A stretch of DNA of 64,000 nt, taken from the IMG/VR virus record IMGVR_UViG_3300046323_000234, one strand, 5' to 3'. Under the pieces are notes generated by a model that was not told where the DNA came from, ran no database searches, and was given only the letters and a program-made list of their open reading frames with translations. Each line of letters starts with the position of its first letter. The stretch's first letter is position 1. The DNA comes from a virus. Made by a program: the position numbers and the translations under genes. Below are positions 54,101 through 64,000 of the stretch, piece after piece.

Positions 54101-57100
54101 ATGATTAGAAAAGAAGAACTAGCAGATGTACAAAAGTTTTTGGAAGGATCTTCTGATAAAAAATATATTGTTGCCATTGAAGGGTATTCATATTATAATT
54201 ATGTTGAATGTGTAATACATGATCCAGAGAAAGGTAAGTACATCGAGAAGATGGAATATAAACCATTTATATGGTTAAAAGATTTACCATCCAATGGTAT
54301 TAATATATATAAGGATAAGGAGAAAAGGCAAGAAGCTTTGGATAAGTATGGTTTAACTATAAAGAAGTTAAAGACTGGTACACAAAGAAGACTTGAACAA
54401 GGTTATAAATTTATTATACATAGCACCAAATCATTTAATGCAATAGTTTCATTCTTTAAAGATGAGAATATTGACATATATAGTGAACAATATAGAGATT
54501 TATTCTTTGCAGTAAAGCCAGAAGAACAATTCATGATTCAAAATGGAATTAGATTGTTTAAAGGTTATGAAAAATATAATGAAGTATATAAATTAACATT
54601 CGATATTGAAACCACTGGTCTTTTACCAGAGAACAGTAGGGTTTTTATGATTGGTATTAAAGATAATAAAGGATTTGAACACGTTTGTAAAATAAAAAAA
54701 CCAAACGATGATGATGAAGAGAGAAAGATTATAAAACAATTCTTTTATGTATATAATAAATTAAAACCAGCCATTATAACCACTTATAATGGTGAAAACT
54801 TTGATTTTGAATTTATATTTAAAAGATGTGAACTTTTAGGATTGGATTATATTAATGATATAACAACCACGTTAAATCCAAACAAATCCATTAGGAGAAA
54901 AGAGAATGCAACTGTTAAATATGGTAATGAAACTGGACATTATACCCAAACAATTGCTTGGGGGTATAATATCATTGATACAATACATGCCGCAAAGAAA
55001 ACAGCAGCCATTAACAAAGAGATTAAAAATGTTAAATTAAAATATTTATGTCAATTTGAAGATATTGCCAAACCAAACCGAATGTATATCAATGATGGTG
55101 GTAATATCTTTAAATATTGGATTAATAATAAATATTTTTTGATTAATACATCGAATAATAATTATCTACAAATACCAGATGATTTACAAGATATTGTTAA
55201 AGAATGTATAAATAATGGCACAAATCCATTAGAACATATTGATATTAAATCAATAATTGATAATAGTGAAGAAAAATATAATTCAATAATAACAGGTTCT
55301 GAAATTGTTGATAGATATTTATTGGACGATTTGTGGGAAACTGAAATGTTGGATAACCAATATAATGAATCATCTTTTCTATTGGCCAAACTAATACCAA
55401 CAACCTTTTCCAGAGTATGTACAATGGGAACTGCTGCTGTATGGAATTTAATTATGTCGGAATGGTCATATATTAACGATATAGCGATTCCAATACCTGA
55501 CGTGGGTGGTAAGAGCAAGAATGAAAAATACGTTGCCATAAGCGAAGAAAGTGGGCAAGAAGATGGTGAAGAAGTTGAGGTTGATGAATTTGCTGTACCA
55601 GCTAGAGAAGAAAGTGATAGTTTTGATAAAATATCGGGTGGATTGGCAAGGGCTTATAGGATTGGATATGCTGAATCAATCCTAAAACTTGACTTTGCAT
55701 CTCTATATCCATCAATCCAATTAACACATGGTGTATTTCCAAATATCGATATAACCAATCAATTAAAGAAGATTCTTTTATATTTGAAAATAACCAGAGA
55801 TGAATATAAATATTTATCAAATGATACTTCATTGGATGACATTTCAAGACAGTTTTATAAAACAAAACAGTTACCAATTAAAATATTAAACAACTCACTA
55901 TTTGGTGCGTTGGGTTCTGGTGTGGCATTTAGATGGTCAGATAATGATGTTGCATATAGAATTACAACTACTGGTAGAGTTTATTTAAGACAATTAATAG
56001 ATTGGTTTTATAAAAGACAATTCTTGCCTTTACTTGCAGTAACCGATGGTGTTAACTTTTCAATTCCATCAATGGTGGATATTGATATAAATCTAAACAA
56101 ATTGGATAAAATGATACCAATCAATGATATTATTTATATTGATAAAAATGGTAAAGAACATAAAGGTGTTAATGCATATGTTGAAAAATATAACACTGAA
56201 GTTATGAATGGTGATTTCATGAAAATTGATCACGATGGTGAATGGAAGTCAACACTAATCCTATCAAGAATTAACTATGCCAATTTAACATATGAAAGTA
56301 TCGATAAGAAAAGTGGAAAAGTAAAACCACCAAAGATTAAGCTTACTGGTAATACAATCAAATCCAATACCATGCCTGAATATATTGAAGATTATATTAA
56401 TGTGGCTATGAAGCATATTTTGGAAAATAAGCCAGATTTATTTATTGAGCATTATTATGAATATCTTGCAAAGATATATTACATGCAAATCCCATTAAAA
56501 AAGATTGCAAATAAGGGTAGGGTTAAGATGAGTATTAAATCTTATAAGAATAGAGGTTTAAATAAAAACGGTAAAGAGAAGGGAAAACAAGCCCATATGG
56601 AATTATTAATAAATGCTAATATACCATATGAAGTTGGTGATTTAATATATTATGTTAATACTGGAACTGTAAAATCACACGGAGATTCGAAAATCATCAA
56701 AGATAAAGTAACCAAAGAACTTAGAATGGCATCTGAAATGATTGATGGTAAACAATTGGAGCAAAATCCAACTATGTTAGGTAAATACAATATTGCAAAA
56801 TATATTGATAATTTTAATAAGAGGGTTGAAAAGATTTTGGTTGGATTTAGTGAAAATGTTAGAAATACACTATTAAAATCAGATCCTACATTAAGAGAAT
56901 ATTATACCGATTTGGATTTGAAGTTATATTGCCATGAAAAGGATAATATTGAAGAATCTATGTTCTTGGAACAAAAAGAAATTGAATTTTGGCAAAAAAC
57001 TGGATTTAATCCATATCTAATAACCGATGTCTTTAAATTACCAGAGGGTGTTGATTTGATGTATAATGAATATGCTAAAGTAATTAATTATATTAATAAT

Positions 57101-57265
57101 AAACTTCAACCAATGGGTAAAGTGGCTGTGGATGTAAATTCAGATCCAATAGAAGATAATTTTATGGTTATAAAAAAAGGAAATGATTATGAAATCCATT
57201 TATATAAAGAAGGATATCTTAGAAAAGTAAAACAAATTAATACTGAACCAATATTTGCAGACTAA
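54101..57265 (+). CDS. Family B DNA polymerase with 3'-5' exonuclease
   Basis: FDIETTG, YNGENFD, YLLDD, DFASLYPS, KILNNSLFG, VTDG. Confidence 0.93.
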   Translation: MIRKEELADVQKFLEGSSDKKYIVAIEGYSYYNYVECVIHDPEKGKYIEKMEYKPFIWLKDLPSNGINIYKDKEKRQEALDKYGLTIKKLKTGTQRRLEQGYKFIIHSTKSFNAIVSFFKDENIDIYSEQYRDLFFAVKPEEQFMIQNGIRLFKGYEKYNEVYKLTFDIETTGLLPENSRVFMIGIKDNKGFEHVCKIKKPNDDDEERKIIKQFFYVYNKLKPAIITTYNGENFDFEFIFKRCELLGLDYINDITTTLNPNKSIRRKENATVKYGNETGHYTQTIAWGYNIIDTIHAAKKTAAINKEIKNVKLKYLCQFEDIAKPNRMYINDGGNIFKYWINNKYFLINTSNNNYLQIPDDLQDIVKECINNGTNPLEHIDIKSIIDNSEEKYNSIITGSEIVDRYLLDDLWETEMLDNQYNESSFLLAKLIPTTFSRVCTMGTAAVWNLIMSEWSYINDIAIPIPDVGGKSKNEKYVAISEESGQEDGEEVEVDEFAVPAREESDSFDKISGGLARAYRIGYAESILKLDFASLYPSIQLTHGVFPNIDITNQLKKILLYLKITRDEYKYLSNDTSLDDISRQFYKTKQLPIKILNNSLFGALGSGVAFRWSDNDVAYRITTTGRVYLRQLIDWFYKRQFLPLLAVTDGVNFSIPSMVDIDINLNKLDKMIPINDIIYIDKNGKEHKGVNAYVEKYNTEVMNGDFMKIDHDGEWKSTLILSRINYANLTYESIDKKSGKVKPPKIKLTGNTIKSNTMPEYIEDYINVAMKHILENKPDLFIEHYYEYLAKIYYMQIPLKKIANKGRVKMSIKSYKNRGLNKNGKEKGKQAHMELLINANIPYEVGDLIYYVNTGTVKSHGDSKIIKDKVTKELRMASEMIDGKQLEQNPTMLGKYNIAKYIDNFNKRVEKILVGFSENVRNTLLKSDPTLREYYTDLDLKLYCHEKDNIEESMFLEQKEIEFWQKTGFNPYLITDVFKLPEGVDLMYNEYAKVINYINNKLQPMGKVAVDVNSDPIEDNFMVIKKGNDYEIHLYKEGYLRKVKQINTEPIFAD

Positions 57266-57708
57266 TGCTTTGTGGTTATATAAATCAAATATATGATATA
57301 ATTCACCAATCATTAATTGATGATGAATTTTCATATTCAGAAAAAATAAAATCGGATATGGATGATTTATTAAACTCACTTAAAGTTGTTGTAGTTCCAG
57401 AATATCCGAGTTCAATATTTTACGTAAACGATAAAGATGTTGTTTTTGAATATGAACATAAAATTAATTTCAATTTTAGATCAGTTTGGGGCAATGATAT
57501 TATATTATTTAATTCACCAGACAGTCCATTAGGCTTTTTATTAGATAATAATAAATCCAATTCTGTTATATATAGAGTTTTGGAAAAAATTATTCGGAGA
57601 ATGGAATTCCAAGAATTTGATATGCTAGTTGTTAATAGGATTGATTATATTGAAATGGATAGATCATGGGAATTTATTAAATCAAAATTAGCAAACAATT
57701 CACTTTAA
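57265..57708 (+). CDS. Hypothetical protein with the paralog-array N-terminal motif
   Basis: MLCGYINQIYDIIHQSLIDDEF. Confidence 0.6.
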   Translation: MLCGYINQIYDIIHQSLIDDEFSYSEKIKSDMDDLLNSLKVVVVPEYPSSIFYVNDKDVVFEYEHKINFNFRSVWGNDIILFNSPDSPLGFLLDNNKSNSVIYRVLEKIIRRMEFQEFDMLVVNRIDYIEMDRSWEFIKSKLANNSL

Positions 57709-57741
57709 CAATATAAACTATTTATAAGTAAAGTTATAAAA

Positions 57742-58392
57742 ATGCGAATCAAAGAAGTTTTAGATAAGAATTTAAATTTGTCAGTTGACAACGATAAACC
57801 AGTAGCTGGTGATAATTTGGAGACAATGGCTGATAAAACAACTGATTATAATGTTGGTGTTGGTAGACAAAATTATAATGATAATTTTATTGGTCAGTTT
57901 GGATCATATTTCTTTGAAGATGATAGTGATAAACATTCCACAAAACTAATAGACGTTTTTGCAAAGCAACAATTTGAAAGATATAAAGAAATATTAAACT
58001 ATTTTATTAAAAATATTTCAAAAGAAAATATATTGGAGTGGAAGAAAACAGCATCTAAATCATTTGATAGTTTATCCGATAAAGAAAAAGAATCTGATTA
58101 TAAATGGGCAAATAAAAATGTTGAAGCTTTAATGAAATATCTTAAAGAACAACATGATGGGATTGAAGAGAAGAAAATGAATGAGGATATTGTCACTAAA
58201 AATGATAATGATTTAATCTTAAAAGATAAAATAAAATTAACATTATCTGATATAAAAAATGATAAGGTTAGAGACTCTGTTAAAAAGCTTATTAATACAA
58301 TCAGAAAAGAAGGTAATGGTATCGATGTTAACCAAATCAAAGATATTATTGCCAATATAAATGATGTTGTTGAATCCAAAATGAACAAATAA
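57742..58392 (+). CDS. Putative late hypothetical protein
   Basis: Late motif upstream. Confidence 0.65.
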   Translation: MRIKEVLDKNLNLSVDNDKPVAGDNLETMADKTTDYNVGVGRQNYNDNFIGQFGSYFFEDDSDKHSTKLIDVFAKQQFERYKEILNYFIKNISKENILEWKKTASKSFDSLSDKEKESDYKWANKNVEALMKYLKEQHDGIEEKKMNEDIVTKNDNDLILKDKIKLTLSDIKNDKVRDSVKKLINTIRKEGNGIDVNQIKDIIANINDVVESKMNK

Positions 58393-58394
58393 TA

Positions 58395-59198
58395 ATGAAC
58401 AAGGATCTTTATAACAATACATATTCAGTGCCAGATCATGTTCTAAAGAATATTGAATTGGCAATAAATCATCATAAACCATCTGAAGACCATGCTGGAT
58501 ATGAGAGGGGAAGTAATACACTAAAAGAAAAAACTTTAACATATCAAAACCTAAAGAGATTAAAAAATTATTTTGATAATATAGATAAAGAGGGTTTTGA
58601 TCAAATAGAATTTGATTTGAATGGCGGTGAGAATATGAAGAATTTTATAAATGATACATTATCAACAGAAAGAAATAAAGTTAAAACAAGTAAAGAGAAT
58701 AAATCCGATTATGCTCAAATGGATAATCAGTTTAGAAAAACACACACTAAAGATGGTGTGAATGAAGATTTTAATATTGGTAAAATTGTTGAAAAAATTG
58801 TAATGGAAAAAATGGATGAGGTTAAAAGGGTATCTATTGCTATTATTATTGATAATAACGATAAATATTTTTTGGCGCAAAGAGAACCAAACGATGACTG
58901 GATGCCAAGTAAGTGGGCTTTTGTCGGTGGAACTGGTGAACCAAATGAAACACCAGAACAAACACTATATAGAGAACTTAAAGAAGAAATATCTGTCACA
59001 CCTAAATGGTTTGAAAAGAAAGATGCATTCCATAATCGAGAAACCAATACAATCGAAACGTTGTTCTTGGTTAAACTAAATGAAGGATATATTAAACTTG
59101 ATTATGAACATACAAATTTCGGTTGGTTTACAATAAAAGAAATACACCAATTAGATACTGTACCAAAGATTTTGGATTATATTTTAAAAACTAAGTAA
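58395..59198 (+). CDS. Hypothetical N-domain fused to a Nudix hydrolase
   Basis: Nudix box GGTGEPNETPEQTLYRELKEE. Confidence 0.85.
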   Translation: MNKDLYNNTYSVPDHVLKNIELAINHHKPSEDHAGYERGSNTLKEKTLTYQNLKRLKNYFDNIDKEGFDQIEFDLNGGENMKNFINDTLSTERNKVKTSKENKSDYAQMDNQFRKTHTKDGVNEDFNIGKIVEKIVMEKMDEVKRVSIAIIIDNNDKYFLAQREPNDDWMPSKWAFVGGTGEPNETPEQTLYRELKEEISVTPKWFEKKDAFHNRETNTIETLFLVKLNEGYIKLDYEHTNFGWFTIKEIHQLDTVPKILDYILKTK

Positions 59199-59205
59199 TA
59201 CCATT

Positions 59206-59715
59206 ATGAATATTAAAAATATTATTAATGAAGAACTTGGTAAGTTAAATATTGAATGCCCACTATTTGATTTAAATGATGAAGTTATTAATTATATTAA
59301 AAAGTTTAAATCAGATGAGGATTTATTAAGATCTGGTGGTTTACCAATCCAAATATTGGATAGATTGGCTTATGGTTTTTCAAGCGATGATATTAAAACA
59401 TTAAATCCAAACCAATTATCAATTAAATGGAAAGAGGATTGGAGTGGTATTAAGTATGAACAACAAAAATCTGGATTATCGCCATTGGATTGGTCAAAGA
59501 AAATAAATCTATCAGAACCAATCCAAGTATCATATCAAAACGGAAAATTTTATGTTGAAGATGGTCACCATAGAACATACGCTGCAAAAATATTGAAGAA
59601 ACCATTAAATGTGGAATTGGAAATTAAAGATAATCCAATAAATAAATTAACTAATGAAAAACTTGGTTACGATGAATTTCATAGGTGCTTATTCAAACAA
59701 GTTATAAATAATTAA
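59206..59715 (+). CDS. ParB/sulfiredoxin-like domain protein
   Basis: PIQV...VEDGHHRTYAA. Confidence 0.7.
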   Translation: MNIKNIINEELGKLNIECPLFDLNDEVINYIKKFKSDEDLLRSGGLPIQILDRLAYGFSSDDIKTLNPNQLSIKWKEDWSGIKYEQQKSGLSPLDWSKKINLSEPIQVSYQNGKFYVEDGHHRTYAAKILKKPLNVELEIKDNPINKLTNEKLGYDEFHRCLFKQVINN

Positions 59716-59737
59716 CTATTTATAATAAATAACTAAT

Positions 59738-59977
59738 ATGGCAGGTTTACAAACAACACAAAAACAATTTAGAGATGCATTAGTGGCAAAAAATACATAT
59801 TCAACATCTGATGAATATAATGTAGGCCATGAAAATGCACTATCAACTGGTGATGAACTAGGTAAAGGCGAAACTAATTCGATTGGTTCAGCAACAGATA
59901 TTGCAAAAAGAAATACTCTAATTTCAAAAAATAAGTTCTCAAAATCTAGAGAATACGGAATTCAAGATACTTTATAA
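59738..59977 (+). CDS. Small putative late protein
   Basis: Late motif upstream; ALSTGDELGKG. Confidence 0.65.
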   Translation: MAGLQTTQKQFRDALVAKNTYSTSDEYNVGHENALSTGDELGKGETNSIGSATDIAKRNTLISKNKFSKSREYGIQDTL

Positions 59978-59982
59978 TATTA

Positions 59983-60762
59983 ATGGATTTAAATGTTGAC
60001 TCAATTTATAAAGTTTTATTAACTGAGGCAATAGAAAAGGGTAAGGTAATTGACGCTATAAAGACAAATACCGAAGTTACTATTTTCTATGCTGGTGATA
60101 GAACTATTAATAAAGGTTATAGAGTTATACAACCATTCTGTTTTGGTGTAAACCAAAATGGTAATCCATGCATTAGAGCTTGGCAAAGAACTGGTACGTC
60201 TGATACACCAAATGGGAAACCAAATGATGATTTAAGTAGAATGCCAGGATGGAGAATGTTTAGATTGGATGGTATTTCAACATTCAATAAAACATCTAAT
60301 AAGTTTGATATATCAAAAAGTAGATTGGATTCAATAAGTTATAATCCAGATGATAAAGATATGGCAACGATTTACGCTGCTGTAAGTGCATCAATTGGCG
60401 GTAATGAGCCATCTGCACAGCAACCAACAAATAAGCCAGTAGCACCACAGAATAAGCCTAATCAGCCATCATTTAAACCATTGTTTAATAAAGATGGTAA
60501 TAACGCTAATCAACCAGCTACACAGCAAGGAGATAACCAATCCAATAATACCAATCCAAATACAGCTAATAAGGTTGATAATAATCCAAAAGCTGATTCA
60601 TCAAATAATACTGGTCAATCAAATATGGATAATAAAGTGGATAATAAACCAAATAATAATCAGTCAAATCCAGATAGTAATCAGACTAGTCCAAATACTG
60701 GTATTGGTGGTGGATTTTTCAAGAATTTAAAAGATACTTGGAAAAGATTCTTCAAAGAATAA
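59983..60762 (+). CDS. WYL-like domain protein with an N/Q/P-rich disordered tail
   Basis: Y...RVIQP..G...GWRMFRLDGI. Confidence 0.65.
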   Translation: MDLNVDSIYKVLLTEAIEKGKVIDAIKTNTEVTIFYAGDRTINKGYRVIQPFCFGVNQNGNPCIRAWQRTGTSDTPNGKPNDDLSRMPGWRMFRLDGISTFNKTSNKFDISKSRLDSISYNPDDKDMATIYAAVSASIGGNEPSAQQPTNKPVAPQNKPNQPSFKPLFNKDGNNANQPATQQGDNQSNNTNPNTANKVDNNPKADSSNNTGQSNMDNKVDNKPNNNQSNPDSNQTSPNTGIGGGFFKNLKDTWKRFFKE

Positions 60763-60816
60763 TTTTTTTTTCTATAAAAACAACTATTTATAAAAAACAA
60801 TAAAATTTTATAAATT

Positions 60817-61422
60817 ATGGATTTATCACAATATATGGATCAGAGAAAAAGGGAATTGGCCGAAAACCCTGTACCAACACAAGGTGCGATGAATGAAATG
60901 GTTAGTGGAGCATATGTTCCAGATGATATTAAAATAAAGGCAATGGCTGCATTAGCAAATAAGGTTAAATCAGTTATGATTGCCGTTGATGAAAAGAAAG
61001 GTGTAGCACCATCAGCAACACCAATGCAAGCACCATCATCCGAATCAACATTTGGCGCACCATTAAATAGACCAATAGGAAAACAGTTATTAACTGAAAT
61101 GCCAGAACGTGAGGATGCGTTTGAAGCTGCAATGATGAAAAGAACCAATGCTGCTGTAAATGCTAAACAAACACAACAATATTCTGCACCAGTTAATCCA
61201 ATCCAAGAATATGCTAATCAAATAATGCAAAAACAAAGTCCTTCACTTGATCATAATATGATAAATGAGATAATTGATAAGAGATTTTTAAACATGTCGG
61301 ATTTGATTAAAGAAGTTGCTAAAGAAACATTGAAAGATGTGATAGTTGATATGTATGTAGAAGAAAAAATCAGAAGTGTGGTAAAAGATTATCTAATTAC
61401 ATTGCAGAAATCAAAAAAATAA
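60817..61422 (+). CDS. Putative late hypothetical protein
   Basis: Late motif upstream. Confidence 0.65.
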   Translation: MDLSQYMDQRKRELAENPVPTQGAMNEMVSGAYVPDDIKIKAMAALANKVKSVMIAVDEKKGVAPSATPMQAPSSESTFGAPLNRPIGKQLLTEMPEREDAFEAAMMKRTNAAVNAKQTQQYSAPVNPIQEYANQIMQKQSPSLDHNMINEIIDKRFLNMSDLIKEVAKETLKDVIVDMYVEEKIRSVVKDYLITLQKSKK

Positions 61423-61451
61423 AAACTATTTATATTTATAAAATAGTATAG

Positions 61452-63407
61452 ATGAATAATATTAGTGATTTAGTAACAAATGGTGATTTTTCAGCATTTT
61501 ACGATATTTTCAAAGGAAATCAATCCAAAGATAGTCTTTTAGCTACGTTTAATAAACATAGAAATATGTTTGGATTAGCACCATTGGAGGTATTATCAGA
61601 TTCCAATAATATTATTGGTGGTAAGGCTGATAATAAATCTGTCGAAGATTTAATTAATACCTATGTTGATAAATTGAATAAACCACATGATGTTGTATAT
61701 AAATTAATTAATAAACAAATCCAATTGGGTATTGAAACTGAATTGGAGCATACTAATTCAGAAGAATTGGCTAAAGAAATAGCAATTGATCATATTAGTG
61801 AAAATCCATTATATTATACCAAATTAAAAAAATTTGGATTGGCTGATGAATTAAAAGAAACTAGTGATATTAATAAAAGAGAAATAAATCCAATCGAATA
61901 TGGGTGTTTAATGCTTAATCTTAAAGTTAAGAATTGGAATGAATTATTGGATAGGGTTAAACAAGAAGATGTATATGATGAGATTGGATTTGGTAAAGAA
62001 GATGAACCACATATAACAGTATTATATGGCTTCCATGATAATATCGATGTAGATCTTCTATTGGAAGATGTTAAATCAATAAAAGAACCAATCCAATATA
62101 AATTAACATCTGTTTCATTATTTGAAAATGAATTATATGATGTATTGAAATTCGATGTGGAAAGTGAAGATTTGATTAGATTGAATAAACACTTCAAGGA
62201 GAATTACGAAAATACATCAACATTTCCCAATTATCATCCACATTTAACAATTGCCTATATAAAATCAGGACTTGGAAAGAAATATGTTTTTGATTTAAAA
62301 AAATCAATTGAAGGTAAATCTAGCGATTTAACATATTCAACAGTTAATAAGAAAAAACATCATATTAAATTGGATAAAAAAATTGATGAAATGATTGGCA
62401 TAATGCCCAATTCATCACAAGTTGAAATAAAAAAACAATGCAAACTTGGTGGTAAGTCCGACGGAACTAGTGATGCTTGCAATCAAGGTGATATTAACAA
62501 TATTGAATTAACCAAGATCGATGAAACAAATCCAATAATTGAAAAGAAAAAGAATAAAAAATATAAATCAATTCGCAGACCAATAATGGGATTATATTAT
62601 GGTGCTGGTGCTGCTTATAATAATATAAATAATTATGATGGTGTAAGTGATGGTGGTGGAATGGAAGAATCATATGAGTATAATTTAAATAATAATATTG
62701 AAGATTCGGATATTGGATATGATTTTAAATCTAAAGATGGTTTAGAATATATGGTTAAATTTAGTAAAAAACATAATTTTGGTAAGTCTGGTGATAATAC
62801 ATATCTAGTATCATTTTTTACAGTAAAAAATAATGTAAAAAATTATTCAAGATTAGAAAATATTACTGATAGTATGGCAGTGATGTCAACCATAAAAAAT
62901 GTAATTAATGATTTTATTAATAAAAATGATAATCCATCATTAGTGTATTCACCAGATGCTAGTAGAAGCAAACATAGAATGGCCAAAACAAGAATCTATA
63001 ATGAATTATTTAATAGATTGAACTATACTACACAAGATATTGATAATGGTTACTATATAGCATCACCAAAAAATACATCACATCAAAAAACAATTGATGA
63101 AAATGAAACAAATAATAGATTTGATTTGGAATATGGATTTTTTGAAATATCTCCAAAATTTTCAACAAATGGTTCATTGTTTGTAACACATTTGGAATTA
63201 AATCAAGAAAGTAGAAATAGAGGTTTGTTTAAATCATTATTAAATGATATTATATCATATGCCAAAGAAAATGAATATACTAATATCGTTCTAGAACCAG
63301 ATATTACAAAAGGTAAAGACTATTATAATAAATTGGTAACATTATATAAAAAATATGGATTTAATGAGATTGAAGATGATCCATCATTATTAAAGTTAGA
63401 TTTTTAA
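61452..63407 (+). CDS. Multidomain protein: DUF5661-like, 2H phosphoesterase (Acb1-like fold), unknown domain, GNAT acetyltransferase
   Basis: GIETELEHT...AIDHISENPLYYTKL; PHITVLYG and HPHLTIAY; RNRGLF...LYKKYGF. Confidence 0.75.
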   Translation: MNNISDLVTNGDFSAFYDIFKGNQSKDSLLATFNKHRNMFGLAPLEVLSDSNNIIGGKADNKSVEDLINTYVDKLNKPHDVVYKLINKQIQLGIETELEHTNSEELAKEIAIDHISENPLYYTKLKKFGLADELKETSDINKREINPIEYGCLMLNLKVKNWNELLDRVKQEDVYDEIGFGKEDEPHITVLYGFHDNIDVDLLLEDVKSIKEPIQYKLTSVSLFENELYDVLKFDVESEDLIRLNKHFKENYENTSTFPNYHPHLTIAYIKSGLGKKYVFDLKKSIEGKSSDLTYSTVNKKKHHIKLDKKIDEMIGIMPNSSQVEIKKQCKLGGKSDGTSDACNQGDINNIELTKIDETNPIIEKKKNKKYKSIRRPIMGLYYGAGAAYNNINNYDGVSDGGGMEESYEYNLNNNIEDSDIGYDFKSKDGLEYMVKFSKKHNFGKSGDNTYLVSFFTVKNNVKNYSRLENITDSMAVMSTIKNVINDFINKNDNPSLVYSPDASRSKHRMAKTRIYNELFNRLNYTTQDIDNGYYIASPKNTSHQKTIDENETNNRFDLEYGFFEISPKFSTNGSLFVTHLELNQESRNRGLFKSLLNDIISYAKENEYTNIVLEPDITKGKDYYNKLVTLYKKYGFNEIEDDPSLLKLDF

Positions 63408-63411
63408 ATAA

Positions 63412-64000
63412 ATGGCTAATATATATTTCAGTAAAAACGGCACATGGTATGATGCTTGCGATAGTTCAATATCCAAGAGTGGTACTTGGTATGATTTATC
63501 ATCCGTAGGTGGTTTTTCTGTATGTAAAAATGGTGTTTGGTATACTAATGAGTGTACATTCATTATACCAGCATTAGGTGGTTTTGATAATTTAATTAGA
63601 GAAATTACATATAAAAATAATAAATATTATATTGGTGGTGATTTTACAACATATAGTGGTACTACCACACCAACAGGAATAACTAAAAATAGGTTTATTG
63701 TATTAAATTCGGATGGTAGTATTGATAATACTGTTGAAATTGGGGATGGATTTAATAATACAATTAGAACAATATCATTTGATAATACAAAAATTTTAAT
63801 CGGTGGACAATTTACTACATACAGTGGTGTAACGTATAATAGAATCATTAAATTAAATTCTAATGGTTCAATTGATAATACGTTTCAGATTGGAAATGGA
63901 ATACAAGCTGGTGCAAATGCTGTTTTAAATTTTTTAAAAACTGCTGATAATGGTTATATTGTTACTGGTGACTTTGAAACATATAGCGGCATTACTAAAG
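63412..64000 (+). CDS. Second delta-60 repeat beta-propeller protein, 3'-truncated and absent from the ORF track
   Basis: MANIYFSKNGTWY...IIGGDFTTYSG...NRFIVLNSDGSIDNT; frame open to the window end. Confidence 0.8.
   Translation, partial: MANIYFSKNGTWYDACDSSISKSGTWYDLSSVGGFSVCKNGVWYTNECTFIIPALGGFDNLIREITYKNNKYYIGGDFTTYSGTTTPTGITKNRFIVLNSDGSIDNTVEIGDGFNNTIRTISFDNTKILIGGQFTTYSGVTYNRIIKLNSNGSIDNTFQIGNGIQAGANAVLNFLKTADNGYIVTGDFETYSGITK

Noticed and set aside
34160-57265. Inteins or introns in nrdA, nrdB, SNF2 helicase or polymerase
   Set aside because: Lengths are near normal and no splice-junction (C...HN) or LAGLIDADG motifs were seen
542-63848. Minus-strand ORFs and nested alternate-frame ORFs in the track (e.g. 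43225-43740, 48520-48966, 18698-18892, 63627-63848)
   Set aside because: Shadows of well-supported + strand genes or of a hairpin; no recognisable motifs
1-64000. Alternative genetic code (stop-codon reassignment)
   Set aside because: Core genes are intact and densely packed in the standard code; TAG and TGA occur as genuine ends
1-64000. tRNA or rRNA genes
   Set aside because: No cloverleaf, T-loop consensus or GC-rich structured intergenic segment recognised by eye

Overview
AT-rich fragment of a large T4-like (jumbo-type) dsDNA bacteriophage genome. All credible genes are on the + strand and read in the standard code. A Bacteroidota host is suggested by inference: A-rich leaders without Shine-Dalgarno sites, a TAnnTTTG promoter element and DDLPF SSB tails. 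Layout: (1) 1-15.4 kb, sugar-nucleotide and glycosyltransferase cluster including a ColD/ColC-like pair. (2) 12-20.7 kb, small accessory ORFs, including a run of attC-like hairpin-bounded gene cassettes at about 16.7-19.1 kb. (3) 23.7-39.1 kb, T4-like replication block (gp32 SSB, UvsX, GIY-YIG endonuclease, 5'-3' exonuclease, DnaB helicase, nrdAB, second endonuclease), interrupted by a tandem array of 14 small paralogous ORFs with a constant motif and variable C-termini. (4) 39.2-52.2 kb, tail fibre and receptor-binding modules. (5) SNF2 helicase and family B DNA polymerase. (6) 57.7-64 kb, putative late genes with Nudix, ParB-like, WYL-like, 2H-phosphoesterase and GNAT domains. A CTATTTATA motif precedes most putative late genes. 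The best candidates for undescribed systems are the constant/variable micro-protein array and the integrase-less cassette array. All family calls come from motif recognition by eye; no searches were run.
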